Shown: piece by piece, positions 5,112-11,228 of the stretch
Layout: each line of letters starts with the position of its first letter
Position numbering within the stretch: position 1 is the first letter of the stretch
Virus record (IMG/VR): IMGVR_UViG_3300045988_149840
Location: 1 to 45,249 of that record
DNA length: 45,249 nucleotides
Source: a virus
Direction: 5' to 3' (one strand)
The notes under the pieces: generated by a model
Told to the model about the DNA's origin: nothing
Seen by the model: the letters and a program-made list of their open reading frames with translations, nothing else
The model's database searches: none
Made by a program: the position numbers and the translations under genes

Positions 5112-6008
5112 ATGATGGAAACACAGGAAAAAGTCAACAGTTTCATACTCTATACGGAACAGTGGCCAGCAATTTCCTTGCTGAATGATGTTCAGCGTTC
5201 AACCCTCATGCAAGCGATCTTCGCACTGCATGGTGCATGTACGATGCCTGAGCTTGATGACATGACCAAGGCGATTTTTCTTCTCATGAAACCACGGTTT
5301 GAAGAGAACCGGGATCGGTATGCGACGAAGTGTGAAGCAAACCGGGAAAACGGGAAAAAGGGGGGGCGTCCACGCAAAAACAAAAACCAAACGGTTAATT
5401 ACGAAAACCCAAAAACCGAACGGTTTTTAGACGAAAACCCAAAAACCCTTACTGACTCTTATACTGACTCTGATTCTGATCCTGATTTTAAAACACCCCC
5501 ACCCCTCACAGAGGGGCAGGGTGGGGGGGAGTCCGCTTTCGCTCACGGGGAAGAAAAGCCCACACCTCGGGAACTCGGAACGAACCCACGGGCGCAAGGG
5601 ACCAATCCCCGGCTCACTGGCGATAACCCCCGCGCTCAGGGAACAAATCCCCGGGCGCAGATCGAAACGTCATACCCGGACATGGCCTTTGTCCAGTTTC
5701 TCGACGCCTACGCGCCGGAAAAGAGGGATGAAGGCGCGGCTTGGCAAGCATGGCTTACGCTCTCACGGGCAAAACAGCTTCCGGGGCTCCCCAAGCTGCT
5801 TGATGCTGTCACGGCATGGGAAAACTCTGAGCAGTGGCAGAAAGACAACGGCCAGTACATCCCGCTGGCATCCAACTTTCTCACCAAGCGGCGATTTCTC
5901 GATACGCCTCCTCAGCGCGCGGCTCCTGCTGACGAGTTTGATCCGGAACGCTTTGCCAAGGCCGCTGAGCAATGGAAAAACAGGTACAAAACGACAGAGG
6001 GTGCATGA
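5112..6008 (+). CDS. Replication-associated protein with an internal GTNPRAQ repeat
   Basis: The track ORF starts at 5064, inside the 41-bp repeat. The ATG at 5112 (MMETQEK) is more plausible. The segment RFEENRDRYATKCEANRENGKKGGRP is typical of phage replication-organizer proteins. Confidence 0.75.
   Translation: MMETQEKVNSFILYTEQWPAISLLNDVQRSTLMQAIFALHGACTMPELDDMTKAIFLLMKPRFEENRDRYATKCEANRENGKKGGRPRKNKNQTVNYENPKTERFLDENPKTLTDSYTDSDSDPDFKTPPPLTEGQGGGESAFAHGEEKPTPRELGTNPRAQGTNPRLTGDNPRAQGTNPRAQIETSYPDMAFVQFLDAYAPEKRDEGAAWQAWLTLSRAKQLPGLPKLLDAVTAWENSEQWQKDNGQYIPLASNFLTKRRFLDTPPQRAAPADEFDPERFAKAAEQWKNRYKTTEGA
5577..5660 (+). repeat. Four imperfect 21-bp tandem repeats inside the replication gene (iteron-like)
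   Basis: The units are ggaacgaacccacgggcgcaag, ggaccaatccccggctcactg, gcgataacccccgcgctcag and ggaacaaatccccgggcgcag. They encode the GTNPRAQ units. Confidence 0.6.
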
Positions 6009-6622
6009 TGAACGGAGATACTTTTTTTGGCATGATGAGAAATATTTACGCTGTCTTCAACAAGCCTGTCCCTTCCGATTCTTCGCCGTTCGTCATGTCG
6101 GTCTGGGAAAGAGTGAATCATGTCCCGGATGAAGCTGTCCCGTACATCGTGAACCAGATCGCGGACGAGGAGAGAATGCCTCAAAACGTGGGTCGGGCGA
6201 TACTCCGGGCATGGGAAAGCTGGCAGGCGAACAATCCCGGGCGCATGGTGCATATCCACTGCGACGTGTGCGGAGGCGATGGGTTTTTCTGGTGCTGGAA
6301 GCAAGACGAGAAGACGGGAAAGTATCAGCACTTTTTGTCTCCCTGCCCGGCGTGTCGGAAAGCTGACTTTCCTCTGCCTTCGATGCGTGAGCTGCGTGAG
6401 CGCGGCGTCGTCGTGATGCCTGTCGGCTATCCCGGGGGCCCGGTACAGTTTGACCGGGATTCTGAGCTTGGGGCCCTATGGCCTGTGGGTACACCAGAGG
6501 GATGCGGAAAGAGATTCCTTTCTGCTACGGAAGGGAAAAGGGATATGCGCCTTGATCCGCTCCGCCTCCGGGCCATGAGCGAGGCTGAGAAGGCTGATGT
6601 GGTGGGTGCCCGGTATGCGTAG
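6005..6622 (+). CDS. Hypothetical protein with a CxxCGGDG and CPAC zinc motif
   Basis: The ATG at 6005 forms an ATGA overlap with the previous stop, preceded by a GAGGG RBS. Confidence 0.75.
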   Translation: MMNGDTFFGMMRNIYAVFNKPVPSDSSPFVMSVWERVNHVPDEAVPYIVNQIADEERMPQNVGRAILRAWESWQANNPGRMVHIHCDVCGGDGFFWCWKQDEKTGKYQHFLSPCPACRKADFPLPSMRELRERGVVVMPVGYPGGPVQFDRDSELGALWPVGTPEGCGKRFLSATEGKRDMRLDPLRLRAMSEAEKADVVGARYA

Positions 6623-6929
6623 AGCTGCGCGCGTGGACGACAACCAGCGAGAAATCGTGGAAGAACTCCGGCGTGTTGGGTGCTCCGTCTGGTCACTCGC
6701 CGGGGTTGGCAAAGGCTTCCCGGATCTCGCCGTGGGCTTCCGGGGACGCAATCTTTTTCTTGAAGTCAAAGACGGCTCCAAGCCGCCATGCAAGCGCAAG
6801 CTGACGCCGGATGAGGAAGCTTTCCATGCTTCTTGGCGCGGGCATGTCGCTGTGGTCGAAAGCGTCGAGGACGCTCTGAAAATCGTGGGGGTGATGAGGA
6901 AAAAGAAGGAACGGGTCAAAAAAACTTGA
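6615..6929 (+). CDS. VRR-NUC / PD-(D/E)xK nuclease-like protein
   Basis: GFPDLAVGF...LFLEVKDG matches the PD..EVK motif. The start at 6615 overlaps the previous stop. Confidence 0.75.
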   Translation: MRRAARVDDNQREIVEELRRVGCSVWSLAGVGKGFPDLAVGFRGRNLFLEVKDGSKPPCKRKLTPDEEAFHASWRGHVAVVESVEDALKIVGVMRKKKERVKKT

Positions 6930-6954
6930 GGGATGGGGAGAGATATGTGCTTTG

Positions 6955-7113
6955 GTGGGGTGGTCGCGCCCGACGCTGATAAAATACGGTTTCCCAGTGT
7001 ATCGTCAGATTGCACAGGGAAACCGGGTCTTTGCGTATGCAGATGAGCTGCAAAAGCACAAGCTCAATCTTGAGCGGAGGATATTCGGTCAAGCTCCCCC
7101 TCGTCCTCTTTGA
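6955..7113 (+). CDS. Small excisionase/AlpA-like HTH protein, about 52 aa, not in the ORF track
   Basis: GTG at 6955 (or TTG at 6952) follows GGGGAGAG. It reads ..WSRPTLIKYGFPVYRQIAQGNRVFAYADELQKHKLNLERR.., which resembles MerR/HTH_17 excisionase-type domains. Confidence 0.45.
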   Translation: MGWSRPTLIKYGFPVYRQIAQGNRVFAYADELQKHKLNLERRIFGQAPPRPL

Positions 7114-7215
7114 GTCCTACTGGAATGGGCGGCATCCGACGATAAACGGATACCGACGCTCGAATTCGAGTTAACTATCTTTGAGCTGAAATCGACAAGG
7201 TTGCCGATGTCTATC

Positions 7216-7719
7216 TTAGTCTTCCTCTTCATCGTCTTCCTCCGTTGCCGCTTCCAGCTTCATGAACTCGGGAAGAACCGCAATGCTGCCGCATTCGTCA
7301 TCCATTTCAACAGCCTTGAAGCCGAGCTTACGGGCAAAGGCGATCCGCATGGCCTGAGCCTCCCAACCCGCGTCGTCCTCGTCCATTCCGAGAAGGTCTG
7401 CCCAGTCTTCCCGTTCTTGAAAGTCCAGTTCTTCCGAAACCACGGCTTGCCAGCATAGAGCAAAATGGATTTCGTCTATACCGCGCTCTGCCATAACTTC
7501 ACGTAGAGCCGTTCCAGCAGCGCCGTCTTCAAGGTACGGAAGGTCGCCATTGGTAAAAATAGCGTTGTCATCTACTTCGCACTGGTAAACATAGTCACCG
7601 TATCCCCTTGCTGTTCCATACGTGCGGGCAAAGAACCCCGCGCCGAAGTTATACCCTAACCCGGTTCCTGAGTTAGAAACTACAAGGTGTTCAATCATGC
7701 TTCCGTGGTACAGCTTCAT
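7216..7719 (-). CDS. YHGS-motif protein with an acidic C-terminal tail, 167 aa
   Basis: An AAAGGAAA RBS is present. The N-terminus KLYHGS..SGTGLGYNFGAGFFARTYGTARGY aligns with a domain inside the 2445-aa protein. The C-terminus is EEDDEEED. Confidence 0.8.
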   Translation of the reverse strand: MKLYHGSMIEHLVVSNSGTGLGYNFGAGFFARTYGTARGYGDYVYQCEVDDNAIFTNGDLPYLEDGAAGTALREVMAERGIDEIHFALCWQAVVSEELDFQEREDWADLLGMDEDDAGWEAQAMRIAFARKLGFKAVEMDDECGSIAVLPEFMKLEAATEEDDEEED

Positions 7720-7741
7720 AGTGTTTTTCCTTTTAATTCGA

Positions 7742-7912
7742 TTACCCTAAAAATTCTTCGTCAAGAATTTCAGCGATGAGTCCGGTTTCCTGCGTTCTGT
7801 TTCCGTTTTCATCGTGCAAGGTGATGACTACTTCCATGCCCTCTTCAAGATGCTGTTCGGTATCGATGGTTCCCGTTGTGCCAGTCGTGAGCAGGATAGA
7901 ATAGCGGGTCAT
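7742..7912 (-). CDS. Hypothetical acidic 56-aa protein, not in the ORF track
   Basis: An AAGGAG RBS sits 7 nt before the ATG at 7912. It reads MTRYSILLTTGTTGTIDTEQHLEEGMEVVITLHDENGNRTQETGLIAEILDEEFLG. Confidence 0.55.
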   Translation of the reverse strand: MTRYSILLTTGTTGTIDTEQHLEEGMEVVITLHDENGNRTQETGLIAEILDEEFLG

Positions 7913-7932
7913 GTCTTACTCCTTTGTTCTGT

Positions 7933-8289
7933 TTAGTGTTCCATTACTACGATTTCGCCAGCTTCGATCACATCAAAACCTTCGCTTTCATAAAAGGCCA
8001 CCAGCCGATCCATATCTGTATCGGCATCCAGAGGTTCAGCTACCAACCGAATCGCCATTCCGGGGTAAGTAGCGCGAGCGTGAGAGACGGCTTCACGAAG
8101 AAGGCGGCGGGCAATGCCGTTTCCGCGATTCTCTGAGGGAACAAAAATCTTTTCGATGAGCACATATTGCTCTCCGTCCACTTCATAACCATCTTCATCA
8201 AAATCGATTTCTGTTTCGATACGATATGCACAGAAAGCCTTGTTGTTTTCAAGAGTTGTTTCGTTGTTGGCTGTGGTGATGGTTATCAT
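7933..8289 (-). CDS. Small GNAT-family acetyltransferase, 118 aa
   Basis: An AAGGAG RBS is present. GNAT motif A is RGNGIARRLLREAV, and the C-terminus contains FYESEGF. Confidence 0.85.
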   Translation of the reverse strand: MITITTANNETTLENNKAFCAYRIETEIDFDEDGYEVDGEQYVLIEKIFVPSENRGNGIARRLLREAVSHARATYPGMAIRLVAEPLDADTDMDRLVAFYESEGFDVIEAGEIVVMEH

Positions 8290-8311
8290 GAGAACTCTCC
8301 TTTTGTCCCTT

Positions 8312-8351
8312 TCGTTGAAAACACTATGACTCCCTTTTAATTTTTTGTCAA
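8312..8351 (-). promoter_or_regulatory. Promoter P3 upstream of the GNAT gene
   Basis: The minus strand reads TTGACA (8351-8346), a 17-nt spacer, CATAGT (8328-8323), then GTTTTCAAC. It shares the downstream motif of P1 and P2 but has no palindromic operator. Confidence 0.5.
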
Positions 8352-8380
8352 TAAAAAAACGTTAAAAAAATGTTAAAAAA

Positions 8381-8572
8381 TTATTTTTCTATTTTTTCCA
8401 ATTCGTTACGTATTAAATTCTCAAAAAGTCCTGTGAGGCTCAAAGCCCGTTTTTTAGCAAGCTCCTTAGCCGCTTGTGCAAGATCGGCAGGCAAGTAGAG
8501 CGAAATCCGTGAAGTTTCTTCTCGTATGATCGACCCCTTTGGTCTTCCTACTTTTCTTTTTGTTTCAGTCAT
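8381..8572 (-). CDS. Ribbon-helix-helix (CopG/Arc-like) DNA-binding protein, 63 aa
   Basis: GRPKGS..SRISLYLPADLAQAAKELAKKRALSLTGLFENLI follows an RHH-type pattern. Confidence 0.75.
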   Translation of the reverse strand: MTETKRKVGRPKGSIIREETSRISLYLPADLAQAAKELAKKRALSLTGLFENLIRNELEKIEK

Positions 8573-8688
8573 ATGTAATTCCTTAATGTTTTTTTATTGT
8601 TATAAAATTATCGCAAACAAAAAGCAACTAAAAAGCTTGACTGTACCGCGAGGATCGGTACTCTTCTGCTTAACCAGGAGCTTTTTTT

Positions 8689-9075
8689 ATGGCAGTTCTT
8701 CCTCTTCGTTATTTCTCCCCCGATGAGTTCTGTTGCAAGGACGGATGTGGGGCGGGAATCGAGCATATGAACCCCGAAGTTCTCCGTATGCTTGATGAGG
8801 CCCGCGATTTGGCGGGCATCCCGTTCCCCCTTTCTTCCGCCTACCGCTGTCCGAAGCACAACAAGGCGGTCGGCGGCGTGCCCACCTCCGCCCATACGAG
8901 AGGTTACGCCGTGGACATCCGCTGTGTGGATTCCCATTCCCGTTTCACCATGCTGCAAGCCCTGCTTGAGGCCGGATTCCGGCGCATTGAGCTGGCCCCG
9001 ACATGGATTCATGTGGACAACGACCCGGACAAGCCGCGCGACGTGGCGTTCTACCAGCAGGGAGGCAAATACTGA
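8689..9075 (+). CDS. Peptidase M15-type zinc endolysin
   Basis: An AGGAG RBS is present. Motifs are SAYRCPKHNKAVGGVPTSAHTRGYAVDI and WIHVD. Confidence 0.9.
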   Translation: MAVLPLRYFSPDEFCCKDGCGAGIEHMNPEVLRMLDEARDLAGIPFPLSSAYRCPKHNKAVGGVPTSAHTRGYAVDIRCVDSHSRFTMLQALLEAGFRRIELAPTWIHVDNDPDKPRDVAFYQQGGKY

Positions 9076-9365
9076 TGGAACAGACCGTGATTGATTTCCT
9101 TTTTTCGACACTGGCAAGCCTTGCCGCGCAGTACCCCGAAGCCTCGTGGATCGTCACCGCCGTCGCCGTGCTCATGTCCCTGTGCGGTGTGGCTGCCGTC
9201 GCGACCATCTGGCTTCCCGTGCCCAAAGAAACGTCCGGGGCCTATGCCGTCTTCTACCGCTGGACGCACGCCCTTGCCGCACATTTCGGGCAGAACAAGG
9301 GCGCCGTGGCGGACGGCAAGGCCCCGGAAGTTCAGCAGGCCGTGAAGCAGGTCATGGGGAAGTGA
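9075..9365 (+). CDS. Small membrane protein, holin or antiholin candidate
   Basis: The ATG at 9075 overlaps the endolysin TGA, and a GGAGG RBS lies at 9061-9065. The hydrophobic segment is WIVTAVAVLMSLCGVAAVATIWL. Confidence 0.65.
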   Translation: MEQTVIDFLFSTLASLAAQYPEASWIVTAVAVLMSLCGVAAVATIWLPVPKETSGAYAVFYRWTHALAAHFGQNKGAVADGKAPEVQQAVKQVMGK

Positions 9366-9649
9366 TGTGGACGCGTGGGCGGCTTTTCTCTCGGCTCTCT
9401 TGCAGCTGGGCCTGCGCCTGCTGGAAAAGGCGGACGCGGCCCGCGCTGCTGAGTTCCGCCGTAGCGTTGCTTCTGATGGTGCCGGGGTGCTCATATCTCA
9501 GCTCAACCCAGGAAGTGCCGGCGCTTCCAGTCCTGACAAGCCTGCAACGTCTGGAACTGAACGGGACGCCGGGCGTGTGGATGGACAGCAGTGACGCCGG
9601 ACGCCTTGCGCAGTGGATATACGATGTGACGGGGGAGGCAGGCCGATGA
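9365..9649 (+). CDS. Lipobox-containing protein, o-spanin candidate
   Basis: The ATG overlaps the previous TGA. The lipobox-like sequence LLLMVPGCSY is present. An alternative-frame ORF at 9367..9594 overlaps almost all of it. Confidence 0.45.
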   Translation: MWTRGRLFSRLSCSWACACWKRRTRPALLSSAVALLLMVPGCSYLSSTQEVPALPVLTSLQRLELNGTPGVWMDSSDAGRLAQWIYDVTGEAGR

Positions 9650-10113
9650 ATCAGGTAGGGAAGGAAGGCGCTGACCATGCCGCCGAATACATCGAAGCCG
9701 TGCGCGGGACGTGGCCGCTTATATCCCTCGCCGGGGCTATCGCACTGGCTTCTGCGCTGCATCAGCTCAAGCGTGGGTACAAACAGCGCACGCGGGCGCA
9801 GAAGGTCGTGACGGTACTTCTGAACGCCGTTTTGACCACGTCCCTTGCCGTGGGGTGTGTGCTTCTTCTGCCGCTTGTGGTTCCCGACGTGACGCCGGAA
9901 ATGCAGATTGCCGGGGCCGTGGTGCTGGCAGGACTCGGAGGGGAGACGGTTAAGCAGTGGATTTTGAAGCGCCTCGGCCTGTCCGTGGTTGATCTCATGA
10001 ACCCGGACGACATCAACGACATACGCAAGACCATGGACCCGGAGACGCGCAGAAAGCACGCGAAGCTGTGCCCGTTCCGTGGGGACGAGTGTGAACCGCA
10101 TGAGAAGCAATAA
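9646..10113 (+). CDS. Multi-pass membrane protein, holin candidate
   Basis: The ATG at 9646 forms an ATGA overlap, preceded by a GGGGGAGG RBS. There are about three hydrophobic helices. Confidence 0.7.
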   Translation: MNQVGKEGADHAAEYIEAVRGTWPLISLAGAIALASALHQLKRGYKQRTRAQKVVTVLLNAVLTTSLAVGCVLLLPLVVPDVTPEMQIAGAVVLAGLGGETVKQWILKRLGLSVVDLMNPDDINDIRKTMDPETRRKHAKLCPFRGDECEPHEKQ

Positions 10114-10162
10114 TATTTTTCTTTATATTTTGGGATTTGTATAGTATATTGTGCTTATCCAA

Positions 10163-10206
10163 CGCGCCGTAAAACCTCTCCCTTCAGGGGGAGGTTTTAC
10201 GGCGCG
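10163..10206 (+). terminator. Long hairpin (about 20 bp stem) ending the lysis cassette
   Basis: CGCGCCGTAAAACCTC..(cccttcaggg)..GAGGTTTTACGGCGCG. It has no U tract, so its function as a terminator is inferred from position only. Confidence 0.45.
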
Positions 10207-10307
10207 CCGTAAGCGGGGGAGGATGTCAAGGGGCAGGCTTGATGAACAGGGGAAGCTACCTCCCCTTTCCCAAGGTCCCCGGTAGGCCAAGAGGTAGACT
10301 GGCATGA

Positions 10308-10721
10308 ATGGATACATACAGCGTTCAAAGGGCGATTCTGCAAACGGAACTCACGCCGACAGACAAGCTCGTAGGAATGGCCCTTGCCCTGCACATGGAC
10401 AGGAAAACCGGAAAGATCAGAGTCCGGCAAAAGACGATAGCAGAGGAATGCGGGGTATCGGACAGGACGGTCAGAAAAGCAATAGCGAATCTCGTGGACG
10501 CCGCCGTCTTTACGTCTCAGCGGACAGGACGGGCTGCGCTGTTAACACCGCTCTGGAAAGAGAGTGGAAGAGTGGAGCGGAAGCCCACTTCCGATCAGAC
10601 CGGAAAGCAGCTTCCGCCTTGGGTACTCGACACGACACTGAGCACGAGGCCGGAAGAAGAGGAAAAGCGAGGGCACGCAAGGTTTTTGATGGAAAAGGCA
10701 AGAAAAAACTCAAAACTGTAG
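10308..10721 (+). CDS. Winged-helix DNA-binding protein
   Basis: LTPTDKLVGMALALHMDRKTGKIRVRQKTIAEECGVSDRTVRKAIANLV follows a wHTH pattern. Confidence 0.7.
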   Translation: MDTYSVQRAILQTELTPTDKLVGMALALHMDRKTGKIRVRQKTIAEECGVSDRTVRKAIANLVDAAVFTSQRTGRAALLTPLWKESGRVERKPTSDQTGKQLPPWVLDTTLSTRPEEEEKRGHARFLMEKARKNSKL

Positions 10722-10874
10722 CGCGTGAATTTAAATCGGATCTCACCGCCAAGGCGACGGATTCAGAAAAAGCTTTTGCGGACATTCTTAGTAACGCTGG
10801 TATCAAGTATAAATTTCAGAATATTTTTAAGATGGGGAATACGTTTTCAATCGTAGATTTTTTCCTCGGATGAA

Positions 10875-11228
10875 ATGGGAGTTGTGAGCATGGCGAGAGA
10901 GGACTTGAAGAAACCTCGAAGCAGAGAAGAAGCACAGGCTTGGGGTCGGAAAGGCGGCATTGCTTCAGGTATCGCCCGGCGTGAAAAGAAGACTTTTCGG
11001 GAGACGCTTGAAGCCTTGCTTGACCGCAAGCTCGACGGCTCACGTCTCACCGGGCGCGAAGCCGTTGCCGTTGCTCTTTTCGAGAAAGCTATGTCCGGTG
11101 ATGTAAAGGCTTTTCAGGAGCTTAGAGACACCGTTGGCGAGAAGCCCGTGGATAAGCAGGAACTTTCTGGCTCTCTCGATGTCGTGAGCATACTTGAAGA
11201 AGCAAGAAGGCGTGCAAATGGCCGTTGA
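10875..11228 (+). CDS. Terminase small subunit candidate
   Basis: It lies immediately upstream of terL and overlaps it. It contains the basic segment GRKGGIASGIARREKK. Confidence 0.65.
   Translation: MGVVSMAREDLKKPRSREEAQAWGRKGGIASGIARREKKTFRETLEALLDRKLDGSRLTGREAVAVALFEKAMSGDVKAFQELRDTVGEKPVDKQELSGSLDVVSILEEARRRANGR

Noticed and set aside
7159-7170. The 12-bp palindrome CTCGAATTCGAG at the convergent junction 7114-7215, as a terminator or regulatory site
   Set aside because: It is too short and AT-centred to be a stable hairpin, and it has no flanking T run. It may simply be an EcoRI-type palindrome occurring by chance.
9367-9594. Listing the alternative-frame ORF 9367-9594 as a confident i-spanin gene
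   Set aside because: It has a plausible N-terminal hydrophobic segment. However, it is only 75 aa, starts with GTG and overlaps the lipobox ORF almost completely. I cannot tell from the sequence alone which frame or frames are translated, so it is reported only as a finding.
10304-10873. The 189-aa alternative-frame ORF spanning the wHTH gene, either as a real gene or as a programmed frameshift product
   Set aside because: Its first 130 residues or so are Arg/Gly/Ser-rich noise overlapping the well-formed wHTH ORF in another frame. Only the last 40 residues or so look protein-like, and they are treated as a possible endonuclease remnant. No slippery sequence was seen at the frame junction.
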